A DNA stretch of 64,000 bases. Origin: an uncultured Gammaproteobacteria bacterium. GTDB lineage: Bacteria; Pseudomonadota; Gammaproteobacteria; Xanthomonadales; Rhodanobacteraceae. Of this stretch, positions 43,850 to 54,648 are shown piece after piece. The stretch covers positions 269,063 to 333,062 of the forward strand of contig CAWJZF010000004.1 in assembly GCA_963847335.1 (NCBI GenBank), written 5' to 3'. The notes below the pieces were generated by a model. The model had not been told where the DNA came from, did not search any database, and saw only the letters and a program-made list of their open reading frames with translations. The translations under genes and the position numbers were made by a program. The stretch's first letter is position 1, and every line of letters begins with the position of its first letter.

Positions 43850-44593
43850 ATGAGCAAGCCACTGCAAGGCGAGATCGCCCTGGTCACCGGCGCGAGCCGC
43901 GGTATCGGTGCCGCGATCGCCGACGAACTGGCGGCACAAGGCGCCACCGTGATCGGCACGGCCACCAGCGATACCGGCGCGAGCGCGATCGGCGAACGCA
44001 TGGCGACGCTGGGCGGCCACGGCCGCAAGCTGGATGTCACCGACGGCCCGGCGATCGAGGCCTTGATCGAGGCGATCGGCAAGGAATTCGGCGCGGTGTC
44101 GATCCTGGTCAACAATGCCGGCATTACCCGCGACCAGCTGCTGATGCGGATGAAGGACGATGACTGGAACGCGATCATCGATACCAACCTGACCTCGGTG
44201 TTCCGTACCTCCAAGGCGGTGATGCGCGGCATGATGAAGGCACGCAAGGGCCGCATCATCTCGATCGCCTCGGTGGTCGGCCTGACCGGCAACCCGGGCC
44301 AGACCAATTACGCGGCGGCCAAGGCCGGCATCATCGCTTTCTCCAAGTCGCTGGCCCGCGAGATCGGTTCGCGCGGCATCACCGTCAACGTGGTCGCGCC
44401 GGGCTTCATCGATACCGACATGACCCGCGCACTGACCGACGAACAGCGCCAGGCCATGCTCGGCCCGATCGCGCTCGGCACGCTCGGTGAAGCGAAAGAC
44501 ATCGCCGATGCGGTCGCCTTCCTGGCCTCGCCCTCGGCCAAATACATCACCGGCGAGACCCTGCACGTCAACGGCGGCATGTATATGCCCTGA
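43850..44593 (+). CDS. fabG: 3-oxoacyl-ACP reductase
   Basis: TGASRGIG, NNAGITRD, YAAAK. Confidence 0.96.
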   Translation: MSKPLQGEIALVTGASRGIGAAIADELAAQGATVIGTATSDTGASAIGERMATLGGHGRKLDVTDGPAIEALIEAIGKEFGAVSILVNNAGITRDQLLMRMKDDDWNAIIDTNLTSVFRTSKAVMRGMMKARKGRIISIASVVGLTGNPGQTNYAAAKAGIIAFSKSLAREIGSRGITVNVVAPGFIDTDMTRALTDEQRQAMLGPIALGTLGEAKDIADAVAFLASPSAKYITGETLHVNGGMYMP

Positions 44594-44753
44594 CGGGGTC
44601 GGTACTCGGGACTCGGGAAAGCAGGTTGTCGATACGGCCAAGGCGCGTCTTGCTCTGGCGTCAGAGCACGCGGGTTTCTGCACGGAACGGGCTCTTTCCG
44701 GGTCCTGAGTCCCGGCCCCACCCATAAGCCCAAACTAAGCTCACCCGGCGAAC

Positions 44754-46586
44754 ATGCGACGTATGCTTTCGATGTCCGCCATCCGCGTGCCGCGTATCCC
44801 CGCCTGGGCAACGATGTTCCTTCTGCTGCCCCTGCTCGCCGTTCTGCCGGCGGTGCCGGTGGACGAGACGCGCTATCTCAGCATCGCCTGGGAAATGCGC
44901 CGTTCCGGCGAACTGCTGACCCTGCATCTGAACGGCGCGCCGTACTTCGACAAGCCGCCGTTGCTGTTCTGGCTGATCAATGTTTTCTGGAGCGTGTTCG
45001 GCATCACGACCTGGGCCGCGCGCGCGGTCAGCGTGTTCTTCGCCGCTGGTTGCGTGGCCCTGGTTTCGCGACTGGAGAGGTGTCTGGCCGGTGCCGCCGC
45101 GGACGAGGCGCCGTGGCTGCTCGCGGGCTTTGTCTATTTCGCGTTGTTCGCCTGCGTTGCGATGTTCGACATCGGGCTGTCGTTCTTCATCCTGCTGGCC
45201 TTCCTCGCGCTGGTCCGGCGCGTGCAGCATGGGGGCGGTTCGCTGCTCCTGCTTTTCGCGGCGGTATCGCTCGGCGTGTTGATGAAGGGACCCGTCGTCC
45301 TGTTGCATCTGGGCGGTCCCGTGGCATTGATCGCATGGTGGGGCAGGGAGGCACCCACGCGGCGCTGGACATGGTATGCGGCGACGATCGCCGTCGTCCT
45401 GGCGGGTGTGCTTCCCGCCGCGCTCTGGGCCTGGCTGGCGGTGCGCGGTATCGGGCCGGACGCCGCGTACGAGCTTTTTTTCCAACAGACCGCGGGACGC
45501 GTGGTGGACAGCTTCGCCCACCGGCGCGGCGTCCTCTGGTACCTGCCGTTCCTGCCGTTGATCCTGCTGCCCTGGCCGCTGTTGCTACGTTGGGGACGGG
45601 CACGGTCGGTGGTACGCGAAGCGATGGCGACACCGGCATGCCGCTTCGGCATGGCCGCATGCGTTCCCGCGCTGGTCGCCTTTTCGGCGGTCAGCGGCAA
45701 GCAGCTGCATTACTTGTTGCCACTGTATCCAGGCGCGGCCCTGTTCCTCGGCGCGATGTTGCGCGTCGACCGGCAATTGCTTTCGCTGCGTCGTCTGGTC
45801 GTGTTCTGGCTGTCGGTCGCCGGTCTGCTGATCTGGGCCTGGTTGCGCAACCATTCGCTCGAGGCGACGCCGGTCGCCTGGCTCGCATGGGTCATCGGCG
45901 CGGCACTGTTCGCGACGGTTGCTGCCGCCTGGATCGTGCGGCGAACCGCCCCGGCCGCCGCGCTCAAAGTGTCGGGCTTCGCCGAGGCCCTGGCCATGGA
46001 GGTGCATGGTCATCTGTTCCGCCATCGCCTGGCCTGCCTCGGGCTCCTCGCCATCGCGCTCGCCGTCGTCGTCCTGGGCCTTCGCCGGGTCGGGATCTCC
46101 TGGGGTTACTCGGCGGGTTACGCTTATGCGGTACTGATGCTGGTCACCGCGGGCATGCTTGCCATCGCCCGGCACGGTCCGGCGCAGGTCGTTCGTCTTA
46201 GCGTAGCCTCGTTGCTGCTGGTCGGCGCGATGCTCCCGGCCCTGCGCACCCTGGTGTTTTCGCGTTACGACCTGGACGCGTTCGCCGGCAAGGTCGCCGA
46301 GCTCGCGCACGAAAACGTGCCCATGGCGCGCACCGGCGATGAACCTGGCCTGGTTACCTACCTGGCGCGTCTTGGTGCACCGCTGCCCACTACGGACGAC
46401 CCACGGGCCTGGGCGAGCAGCCATCCCCACGGCTATATCCTGACCTGGTCGCCGCGGCGTCCCCCGGTTCCGGGACTCATGTTCGGCGCGCCGATCGGCA
46501 GGCGCGGCTGGGTGGGCCTGGTGAGTGCCGGCGCGTGGGCGCCCCAGTCTCAGGCCCCTGAGACGCTCGAGGACGACGCCCTGTGA
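44754..46586 (+). CDS. ArnT-family glycosyltransferase (start uncertain)
   Basis: DETRY..IAWEM, YFDKPPL, LMKGP, GKQLHYLLP. Confidence 0.85.
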   Translation: MRRMLSMSAIRVPRIPAWATMFLLLPLLAVLPAVPVDETRYLSIAWEMRRSGELLTLHLNGAPYFDKPPLLFWLINVFWSVFGITTWAARAVSVFFAAGCVALVSRLERCLAGAAADEAPWLLAGFVYFALFACVAMFDIGLSFFILLAFLALVRRVQHGGGSLLLLFAAVSLGVLMKGPVVLLHLGGPVALIAWWGREAPTRRWTWYAATIAVVLAGVLPAALWAWLAVRGIGPDAAYELFFQQTAGRVVDSFAHRRGVLWYLPFLPLILLPWPLLLRWGRARSVVREAMATPACRFGMAACVPALVAFSAVSGKQLHYLLPLYPGAALFLGAMLRVDRQLLSLRRLVVFWLSVAGLLIWAWLRNHSLEATPVAWLAWVIGAALFATVAAAWIVRRTAPAAALKVSGFAEALAMEVHGHLFRHRLACLGLLAIALAVVVLGLRRVGISWGYSAGYAYAVLMLVTAGMLAIARHGPAQVVRLSVASLLLVGAMLPALRTLVFSRYDLDAFAGKVAELAHENVPMARTGDEPGLVTYLARLGAPLPTTDDPRAWASSHPHGYILTWSPRRPPVPGLMFGAPIGRRGWVGLVSAGAWAPQSQAPETLEDDAL

Positions 46587-46767
46587 GCGGTCGCCTCGAG
46601 GGCAGCCGCACGCGGCAGTCGCCACTGGACTCTTTTTAGGCGACAATCGTCATTTCGCGTCGAGCCCCTTGGCTCTGCGCGGTTTCTAGTGACGGCGGAT
46701 TGCTGGCGGCCACGAGGCTTAGCCACTACAATGCCGCCGGATTTTCCCCTCGGGAGGTATTGGCAAC

Positions 46768-47007
46768 ATGAGCACCATCGAAGAGCGCGTCAAGAAGATC
46801 GTCATCGAGCAGCTTGGCGTCAAGGAAGATGAAGTCACCGCGAACGCGTCATTCGTCGACGATCTGGGCGCCGACTCGTTGGATACGGTCGAGCTGGTCA
46901 TGGCGCTCGAGGAAGAGTTCGAAACCGAAATTCCCGATGAGGAAGCGGAGAAGATCACCACCGTGCAGCAGGCCGTCGATTACATCAAGGCCCACTCCAA
47001 GGATTGA
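46768..47007 (+). CDS. acpP: Acyl carrier protein
   Basis: [20 protein letters not shown]. Confidence 0.98.
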   Translation: MSTIEERVKKIVIEQLGVKEDEVTANASFVDDLGADSLDTVELVMALEEEFETEIPDEEAEKITTVQQAVDYIKAHSKD

Positions 47008-47199
47008 TCGGTCCTTCCGGTTGGCAGGGCGGCATGGCTGCCCGGCGACCAGCGAAGCGATATCGGAAGCTGCGCCGTTGGGCGCAGTTTTCGTTTCTGC
47101 ATATCGTAACCTTCGCCGCCGTATGGTTAAGGTCCGGCTCGTCGTCACGACTCGGGCCATCAGGAACAAACGAAGGAATACACGCATGAGCAAACGACC

Positions 47200-48432
47200 A
47201 TGAGCAAACGACGTGTGGTAGTGACCGGCATGGGCATCATCTCGCCGGTCGGCAACGACATCGCCACCGCCTGGGGCAACATCGTCGCGGGCAACAGCGG
47301 CATCGGCATGGTCACGCATTTCGATGCGACCGCCTATGCCACGCGCATCGCCGGACAGGTGCGCGATTTCGATCCCGCGGCCTATGTTCCGCCGAAGGAC
47401 GTCAAGCGGATGGATCCGTTCATTCACTACGGCATCGCCGCCGGCCGGCAAGCGCTCGCCGATTCGGGGCTGGAAGTGACCGATGCCAATGCCGGGCGCA
47501 TTGGCGTGGCCGTGGGCGCCGGTATCGGCGGCCTGGCGACGATCGAGGAAACCTCGATCGAGCTCAATGAGCGTGGTCCGCGCAAGGTTTCGCCGTTCTT
47601 CGTGCCCAGTTCGATCATCAATATGGTGTCGGGCAACCTGTCGATCTACCTCGGCCTCAAGGGACCGAACATCGCCCTGGTCTCGGCGTGCACGACGGCG
47701 GCGCACAACATCGGCATCGCCATGCGCCTCATCCAGTACGGCGACGCCGACGCGATGGTCGCCGGCGGTTCGGAGTTCGCGACCACCGGTACCGCGATGG
47801 CCGGCTTCTGCTCGGCGCGCGCGATGTCCACGCGCAACGACGAGCCGACCAAGGCCAGCCGTCCGTGGGATGCCGAACGCGACGGCTTCGTGCTGTCCGA
47901 CGGCGCCGGCGTACTCGTGCTCGAGGAATACGAGCATGCGAAGGCCCGTGGCGCGCGGATCTACGCGGAGCTGGTCGGTTTCGGCATGAGTGGCGATGCG
48001 TACCACATCACCGCACCGAGCGGCGAAGGCGCTGCGTCGTGCATGCAGAACGCATTGAACGACGCGGGCCTGAACCCGACCGACGTGCAGTACGTCAATG
48101 CGCACGGCACTTCGACGCCGGTCGGCGACCTCTCCGAGGTTGGCGCGGCGAAGAAGATCTTCGGTGACTATGCCTACAAGCTGCCGATCAGCTCGACCAA
48201 GTCGGTGACCGGTCATCTGCTCGGCGCGGCGGGTGGCGTCGAGGCGATCTTCTCGATCCTGGCGATGCGCGACGGCGTGCTGCCGCCGACGATCAACCTG
48301 GACAACCCGGGCGAAGGCTGCGACCTGGATTTCGTCCCGAATGTCGCGCGCGAAGCGAAGCTCGATACGGTGATCTCCAACTCGTTCGGCTTTGGCGGCA
48401 CCAACGGCACGCTTGCTTTCAAGCGCATCTGA
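47200..48432 (+). CDS. fabF: Beta-ketoacyl-ACP synthase II
   Basis: [31 protein letters not shown]. Confidence 0.96.
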   Translation: MSKRRVVVTGMGIISPVGNDIATAWGNIVAGNSGIGMVTHFDATAYATRIAGQVRDFDPAAYVPPKDVKRMDPFIHYGIAAGRQALADSGLEVTDANAGRIGVAVGAGIGGLATIEETSIELNERGPRKVSPFFVPSSIINMVSGNLSIYLGLKGPNIALVSACTTAAHNIGIAMRLIQYGDADAMVAGGSEFATTGTAMAGFCSARAMSTRNDEPTKASRPWDAERDGFVLSDGAGVLVLEEYEHAKARGARIYAELVGFGMSGDAYHITAPSGEGAASCMQNALNDAGLNPTDVQYVNAHGTSTPVGDLSEVGAAKKIFGDYAYKLPISSTKSVTGHLLGAAGGVEAIFSILAMRDGVLPPTINLDNPGEGCDLDFVPNVAREAKLDTVISNSFGFGGTNGTLAFKRI

Positions 48433-48433
48433 C

Positions 48434-49777
48434 TTGGGTGTCTTCACCCGCACGCTCGACGGCCGGCGCGATCTCCTCGCGCCGGCCGCGGCGAATCCCT
48501 CGCGTTACCCCTGCCTGTTGGCGAGCGCCATCCAGGGCACGCCGCAGTCGCGCTACGACATCCTGTTCGCCACCGACGGCGATTCGCTGACCCTCACGGG
48601 TGACGGCGTGGTGCGGCGTACCGACGGCACAAGGGTCGACGGCCTGTTCCTCGATGCGCTCGACGACGCGTGGCGGGCCGAACGCGCGCAAGGCGAGAGC
48701 GACGGCCTGCCGTTCCACGGCGGCTGGGTCCTGTTCCTCGCTTACGAGCTGGTCGGGCAGATCGAGCCGACACTGCGTTTGCCACCGGCTTCCGGAGTCC
48801 TGCCTGTCGCGATGGCATTGCGTTCGCCCGCCGCGATCGTGGTGGATCATCTGGCCGGGACGACGATCCTCGTCGCCGAAGGCGAAGACTGGCTCGACAC
48901 GCTGGCCGCCGATCTCGACGCCGACCCGGTGGCGGTTCGCGAGGCCATGCCGGAACATATCGAGGAAGATTTGCCGGAACAGTTCCTGACCGGTGTCGCC
49001 CGTATCCACGAACACCTCCGTGACGGCGATATCTTCCAGGTGAACCTGTCGCGGCAGTGGCGCGCGCGGTTTGCCGAGGCGCCTTCGGCGTCCATGCTGA
49101 TGGCCTCGCTGCGGCGCGCGAACCCGGCGCCCTTCGCCGGTCTGCTCCAGCAGCCGGGCTGGGCGGTGGTCAGTTCGTCGCCGGAGCGACTGGTCGAATC
49201 GCGTCGCGGCGTGCTGCAGACACGACCGATCGCCGGCACGCGTCCGCGGCTGGCCGGCGACGACGACGTGGCGCGCATGCGCGAGCTGGCCGCGCACCCG
49301 AAGGAGCGCGCCGAACACGTCATGCTGATCGACCTGGAGCGCAACGATCTCGGTCGCGTCTGCGTGCCGGGCACGGTCGAGGTCGACGAACTGATGGCGA
49401 TCGAGAGCTATGCGCACGTACACCACATCGTGTCGAATGTGCGTGGCGTTGCCCGCGCCGGCATCACTCCAGGCCAGGTGATCGCGGCGACCTTCCCGGG
49501 TGGCACCATCACCGGTTGCCCGAAGGTGCGCTGCATGGAAATCATCGCGGCGCTGGAGCGCACCGGGCGGGGCGCGTATACCGGTGCGCTCGGCTACCTC
49601 GACCGCAACGGCGACATGGACCTGAACATTCTCATCCGCACGCTCACCGCACAGGGGCAGGATGTCAGCCTGCGTGCCGGTGCGGGCATCGTCGCGGACT
49701 CCGACGCCGTACACGAACTGGCCGAGACCCGGGCCAAGGCGCGCGGCCTGCTGCGCGCCTTCGGCAGCGTGTCGTGA
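48434..49777 (+). CDS. pabB: Aminodeoxychorismate synthase component I-like
   Basis: SSSPERL, RPIAGT, KERAEHVMLIDLERNDL, FPGGTITGCPK. Confidence 0.85.
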   Translation: MGVFTRTLDGRRDLLAPAAANPSRYPCLLASAIQGTPQSRYDILFATDGDSLTLTGDGVVRRTDGTRVDGLFLDALDDAWRAERAQGESDGLPFHGGWVLFLAYELVGQIEPTLRLPPASGVLPVAMALRSPAAIVVDHLAGTTILVAEGEDWLDTLAADLDADPVAVREAMPEHIEEDLPEQFLTGVARIHEHLRDGDIFQVNLSRQWRARFAEAPSASMLMASLRRANPAPFAGLLQQPGWAVVSSSPERLVESRRGVLQTRPIAGTRPRLAGDDDVARMRELAAHPKERAEHVMLIDLERNDLGRVCVPGTVEVDELMAIESYAHVHHIVSNVRGVARAGITPGQVIAATFPGGTITGCPKVRCMEIIAALERTGRGAYTGALGYLDRNGDMDLNILIRTLTAQGQDVSLRAGAGIVADSDAVHELAETRAKARGLLRAFGSVS

Positions 49778-50598
49778 CCGGCATCCCGACGATCCTGGTC
49801 GACGGCGAACCGGTGTCGACGGTGTCGGCGCTCGACCGGGGTTTTTGCTACGGCGACGGTCTGTTCGAAACGATTCGCATCGTCGATGGCCGTGCGCCGC
49901 TGTGGCTTCGGCATATGCACCGTCTCACCGATGGTTGTGCCCGCCTGGCGCTGCCATCGCCCGATGCCAGTGTCCTTGCCGCCGAGGTCGGGCGCATCGC
50001 CGGTCATCGCGACGCCGCGGTCGTGCGGATCACGCTCAGCCGTGGGCCAGGCCGACGCGGGTACGCTATCGATCCCTCGTCGACCGGGACGCGCGTTGTC
50101 GCGGTGGCCGATATGCCTGCGATCCCGCACCGTCTGGTGGACGAAGGCCTGGTCGTGCGCGAATGCCGGATGCGCTACGCCTTGCAGCCGGCCCTGGCCG
50201 GCATCAAGCACCTGAACCGGCTGGAGCAGGTGCTGGCACGGTCGGAATGGGACGATCCGGCGATCGACGAGGGGCTGATGCTCGACATGGAGGGCAGGGT
50301 GGTCTCGGCGATCTCGGCCAATCTTTTCGTCGTCCGTGCCGGCCGTATGTCGACGCCGGCACTCGAACGTTGCGGCGTGGCGGGCGTGGCACGCTCCGAA
50401 GTGCTCGCCGTGACGGGCGCTTCCACGGTCGACCTGACTCCCGCCGAACTGGCCGGGGCGGACGAGGTCTTCCTCACATCGAGCGTTCGCGGCATCCTTC
50501 CCGTTCGTGCTTTCGGTGAGAGCACATGGCAACCCGGTCCGGTCGTGCGGCAAATGCAGGCACACTGGCGGGCACTTGGCTTCGTGGGGCGGGAGTGA
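49774..50598 (+). CDS. pabC: Aminodeoxychorismate lyase
   Basis: DRGFCYGDGLFET, LAGIKHLNRLEQVLA. Confidence 0.92.
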   Translation: MTGIPTILVDGEPVSTVSALDRGFCYGDGLFETIRIVDGRAPLWLRHMHRLTDGCARLALPSPDASVLAAEVGRIAGHRDAAVVRITLSRGPGRRGYAIDPSSTGTRVVAVADMPAIPHRLVDEGLVVRECRMRYALQPALAGIKHLNRLEQVLARSEWDDPAIDEGLMLDMEGRVVSAISANLFVVRAGRMSTPALERCGVAGVARSEVLAVTGASTVDLTPAELAGADEVFLTSSVRGILPVRAFGESTWQPGPVVRQMQAHWRALGFVGRE

Positions 50599-50615
50599 TC
50601 GATGGATTTCGCGGT

Positions 50616-51644
50616 ATGAACATTCGTGGCGGCGCCTTCTGGCGCGTCCTGCTCCTGCTTGTCCTGCTCGCCGTGGCTGCCCTGGCCGCCTATGCCTGGT
50701 ACGACTTCTCGCGCTTCAGCCATGCGCCGCTGGCCGTGCAGACCCAGGGCGACAGCATCGAAGTCGACCGCGGCACGCCGTTCAAGGAGATCGTGCGGCA
50801 GCTGCGCCGGCGCGGGATCAGCACCGGTTCGCCGTTCTACTGGCGCGTACTGGCCACCAGCATGCGCGTTTCCGGGAAATTGCATGCCGGCGAGTACGCC
50901 CTGCAGAACGGCATGACCCCGCGCGACCTCTTGAACAACATGGCCGCAGGCAAGGTCATGCAGCACAACTTCACCATTGTCGACGGCTGGAATTTCGCCG
51001 AACTGCGTCGCGCCCTGGCCGCGGTCGATACCTTGCGCCATGACGGCGCCGGGCTGGACGACGCGGAGCTGATGAAGCGCATCGGCGCCGACGGCGAGAT
51101 GCCCGAAGGGCGTTTCCTGCCGGAGACCTATGCCTATATCAAGGGTGATGGCGAGCTCGGCATCCTCCGTCGCGCGCATGCCGACCTGCAGAAAACCCTC
51201 GACAAGGCCTGGGAGAAGCGCTCGCCGGACCTGCCCCTGGCGACGCCGTACGAAGCGCTGATCCTGGCCTCGATCGTCGAGAAGGAAACCGGCCGCGCCG
51301 ATGAGCGGCCGCGTATCGCCGGCGTTTTCGTGCGCCGGCTGAAGCTCGGCATGCTGCTGCAGACCGACCCGACCGTGATCTACGGCATGGGCGCGAGCTA
51401 CGGCGGCAATATTCACAAGAGCGACCTCACCACCGATACGCCGTACAACACCTATACCCGTACCGGGCTGCCGCCGACGCCGATCGCCATGGCCGGTCGT
51501 CCCGCGATCGAGGCGGCCATGCATCCGGCCGACGGCAACGAGCTGTACTTCGTCTCGCGTGGCGACGGCAGCCATGTTTTCTCCAGCACGCTGGACGAGC
51601 ACAATCGCGCCGTCGCCTGCTATCAGTTGAAGCACTGCCCGTGA
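50616..51644 (+). CDS. mltG: Endolytic transglycosylase MltG
   Basis: EGRFLPETY, LASIVEKET, LQTDPTVIY, TPYNTY. Confidence 0.95.
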   Translation: MNIRGGAFWRVLLLLVLLAVAALAAYAWYDFSRFSHAPLAVQTQGDSIEVDRGTPFKEIVRQLRRRGISTGSPFYWRVLATSMRVSGKLHAGEYALQNGMTPRDLLNNMAAGKVMQHNFTIVDGWNFAELRRALAAVDTLRHDGAGLDDAELMKRIGADGEMPEGRFLPETYAYIKGDGELGILRRAHADLQKTLDKAWEKRSPDLPLATPYEALILASIVEKETGRADERPRIAGVFVRRLKLGMLLQTDPTVIYGMGASYGGNIHKSDLTTDTPYNTYTRTGLPPTPIAMAGRPAIEAAMHPADGNELYFVSRGDGSHVFSSTLDEHNRAVACYQLKHCP

Positions 51645-52279
51645 TGAATGTTCTCCAAGGCCGGTTGTTGACCCTCGAAGGCGGCGAAGGCGCGGGCAAG
51701 AGCACCTTGCTCGCCGGCCTGCGCGCCTGGCTGACCGCGGCCGGCGTCGACCCGGTATTCACCCGCGAACCTGGCGGAACGCCACTGGGCGAGGCGGTTC
51801 GATCGCTGGTCCTCGATCCGGCGCACGGCATCTGCGCCGAGGCGGAGCTGCTGCTGGTGTTCGCCGCGCGTGCGCAACATGTGCGCGAGGTCATCGCCCC
51901 GGCGCTCGCCGCGGGACGCTGGGTGGTCAGCGACCGCTTCACCGATGCCAGCTTCGCCTACCAGGGTGGCGGCCGCGGCCAGCCGTTCGCGCGGATCGAG
52001 GAGCTGGCAAGCTGGGCCGCGATGGGCTTGCGGCCGGATGTGACCCTGTTGCTCGACCTGCCGGTCAGCACCGGGCGCGAACGCGTCGCCGGTCGCGGCG
52101 AAGCCGATCGCATCGAGGCCGAGGCCGACGGATTCTTCGAACGTGTGCGCGCCGTGTACCGCGAGCGCGCCCAGGCCGAACCGGATCGCTTTCACCTGCT
52201 GGACGCCAGCGCGTCGCCCGAGGCCGTGCTGGCCGGGGCGATCGCGGCGATCGCGCCCCTGATCGAGGCACCCCGATGA
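51641..52279 (+). CDS. tmk: Thymidylate kinase
   Basis: EGGEGAGKST, TREPGG, DRFTDASFAYQG. Confidence 0.96.
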   Translation: MMNVLQGRLLTLEGGEGAGKSTLLAGLRAWLTAAGVDPVFTREPGGTPLGEAVRSLVLDPAHGICAEAELLLVFAARAQHVREVIAPALAAGRWVVSDRFTDASFAYQGGGRGQPFARIEELASWAAMGLRPDVTLLLDLPVSTGRERVAGRGEADRIEAEADGFFERVRAVYRERAQAEPDRFHLLDASASPEAVLAGAIAAIAPLIEAPR

Positions 52280-53211
52280 ACCTGCGCCCATGGCATCGCG
52301 AAGCGTGGAGCCGGTTGCAGACACGGCGCCAGCGCGGTGCGCTGCCGCATGCCTTGTTGCTGGCCGGCCCGGCGGGCCTTGGCAAGCGCGATTTCCTGCA
52401 GCTTCTGGTTCGCGGCCTGTTGTGCGAGCGCCCGGAAGACGGCTTGCCGTGCAACACCTGCCGCAGTTGCCTGCTGTTCGCCGCCGGCAGCCATCCGGAC
52501 TATGTCGCGCTGGGCCTGGGCCTGCGCAAGGACGGCGTGACCCGCAGCGAAATCGTCGTCGACCAGATCCGCGATCTGTCGCAGCGCCTGTCGATGTCCA
52601 GCCAGTTCGGCGGCTGGCAGGTGGCGAGCATCGATCCGGCCGACCTGATGAACGCGGCGGCGGCCAATGCGCTGCTGAAGACGCTCGAAGAGCCGGCGCC
52701 ATCGACCATGCTGGTGCTGGTGGCCGATGCACCCTGGCGCCTGCCGGCGACCATCCGCAGCCGTTGCCAGCGCGTCGATTTCGCCATCCCTTCGCGCGAG
52801 GAATCCCTGGCCTGGCTGGCCGGGCAGGGCGTCGCCGAAGCCACCGCGGCGCTCGATGCGTCGTTCGGCAATCCCGGGCAGGCCCTTCAATGGGCAGCCG
52901 ACGGTTCGCTGAAACAGCGCGCCGAGGTGCGCAACGACCTGAAGGCGCTGGCCGCCGGCCGCGGCGACGCGGTGGATATCGCCAGACGCTGGCAGACCAC
53001 GGCACCGGCGCAATACCTCTGGTTCGCCGCGCAGGCGGTTACCGACGAGGCGCGTGCGCGGGCGACGGCGGGCTCACCGCCACTGGGCAGTGGGCTGGAT
53101 GACGAAGGCCTGGACGCCTGGTATGGCCAGGCGAATCGCACGCGCGAGGCGCTTCGTGGACCGCTTCGCGTTGACCTGCTCTTGCTGGAGCTTCTGGCAC
53201 GCTGGCGGTGA
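52276..53211 (+). CDS. holB: DNA polymerase III delta' subunit
   Basis: HALLLAGPAGLGK, HPD, AANALLKTLEEP, TIRSRC. Confidence 0.95.
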   Translation: MNLRPWHREAWSRLQTRRQRGALPHALLLAGPAGLGKRDFLQLLVRGLLCERPEDGLPCNTCRSCLLFAAGSHPDYVALGLGLRKDGVTRSEIVVDQIRDLSQRLSMSSQFGGWQVASIDPADLMNAAAANALLKTLEEPAPSTMLVLVADAPWRLPATIRSRCQRVDFAIPSREESLAWLAGQGVAEATAALDASFGNPGQALQWAADGSLKQRAEVRNDLKALAAGRGDAVDIARRWQTTAPAQYLWFAAQAVTDEARARATAGSPPLGSGLDDEGLDAWYGQANRTREALRGPLRVDLLLLELLARWR

Positions 53212-53238
53212 ACTGATCGCCCGGAGCCGCCCGAACCT

Positions 53239-54222
53239 ATGTTGACCACGACTTTTCCGACAAACCCGTTCCGGGCCGAGGGCGGCACGCCGGTGTTTAC
53301 CGCGGCCACGCGCCTGCTGGTCGTCGCACCGCATCCGGATGACGAAACGATCGCCACCGGTGGCCTGATCCAGGCGGTACGCGCCGCCGGCGGGGATGTC
53401 ACCGTGTTGCTGGCAACCAATGGCGACAACAATCCCTGGCCGCAGCGCTGGATGGAGCGGCGCCTGCTGATCGATGCCGCCGCGCGCCGCCGCTGGGGGG
53501 CGCGCCGCCGCGAGGAAGTGGCCGCCGCCCTGGCACGGTTGGGCGTACCGGCGGACCGCGTCCGGGGCCTCGGCTGGTCGGACATGGGCGTCACCGACCG
53601 GTTGCGAAAGGATCACGAGGGCGCGTTGTCGGCGTTTGCCGAAGCCATCGCCGAGGCGTCGCCGACCCTGATCGCCATGCCCGCCCTCGGCGACGATCAC
53701 CCGGACCATGGCGCCTGCCACGTGCTGACCCGGCTTGCCGTCGACCGGCTCGGCACGACGGCGGCCTGCATCGACTATATGGTGCATGGCACGGCCGGGC
53801 CCGGCCCGGCGTTCACCCTGGAGATGAGCCCGGCCGCCTGCGCGATCAAGCATGAAGCGCTGCTTGCGCACGCCACCCAGACGTCGTTGAGTCGCGGACG
53901 GATGGAAAGGATGGCCTCCCGGCCGGAGCGCTACGGCCAGCTGTCACTGCCGGTGGCCGCCGGCCGATCGATCGGCTTGCCCTGGCGCCCGTCACCGCTC
54001 TGGGCCGGTCGGCTGCGCCTGACCGTGGTCGATCGCGGGGCGACGCGGGTCTTTCCGTGGTCGGCCACGCGTGAAGCCGCCGACGGCGGCCGGTGCCTCG
54101 ATCTGCCCACATCGCCGTCCGGGCCCCTCTTCATCAAGTTGTCGGCGGACATCCCTTCGCCATGGATTTTCGATCGCTGGGGCTGGGCCGCGTCCGGCGA
54201 CGGCTTGGCGGCCGGCGAGTGA
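53239..54222 (+). CDS. PIG-L/LmbE-family deacetylase
   Basis: APHPDDE and DDHPDH motifs. Confidence 0.88.
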   Translation: MLTTTFPTNPFRAEGGTPVFTAATRLLVVAPHPDDETIATGGLIQAVRAAGGDVTVLLATNGDNNPWPQRWMERRLLIDAAARRRWGARRREEVAAALARLGVPADRVRGLGWSDMGVTDRLRKDHEGALSAFAEAIAEASPTLIAMPALGDDHPDHGACHVLTRLAVDRLGTTAACIDYMVHGTAGPGPAFTLEMSPAACAIKHEALLAHATQTSLSRGRMERMASRPERYGQLSLPVAAGRSIGLPWRPSPLWAGRLRLTVVDRGATRVFPWSATREAADGGRCLDLPTSPSGPLFIKLSADIPSPWIFDRWGWAASGDGLAAGE

Positions 54223-54266
54223 CTCCACTACGATGCAGGCCTTGATGGCTTTCGCCCAGGATTCGC

Positions 54267-54626
54267 ATGAACTCGAACGCCAACGCGCCACGCCAGGGCA
54301 TCCTGTCGCTGAAGATCAAGGACGAAGTGGCGCTCTATAACGCCTATATGCCCTTCCTGAAGGGCGGCGGCCTGTTCGCCCCCACGGCCCAGCGCTACAA
54401 CCTTGGCGACGAGGTGGTGCTGCTGGTGACCCTGATCACCGAAAGCGAGCGTGTTTCCGTCGCCGGCAAGGTGGTCTGGATCACCCCTGTCGGGGCGCAG
54501 GGCAACCGTACCGCCGGCATCGGCGTGCAGTTCAATGAGTCCGGCGATGGCGAAGCGGCCCGCGCCCGCATCGAGAACCTGATCGCCGGCCTGCTTGCCT
54601 CGGAACGCCCGACGCAGACGATGTAA
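54267..54626 (+). CDS. pilZ: Type IV pilus assembly protein PilZ
   Basis: LYNAYMPFLKGGGLF...VAGKVVWITP...GIGVQF...PTQTM. Confidence 0.93.
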   Translation: MNSNANAPRQGILSLKIKDEVALYNAYMPFLKGGGLFAPTAQRYNLGDEVVLLVTLITESERVSVAGKVVWITPVGAQGNRTAGIGVQFNESGDGEAARARIENLIAGLLASERPTQTM

Positions 54627-54648
54627 TCCCCGAGGACCAACTTCTGCT

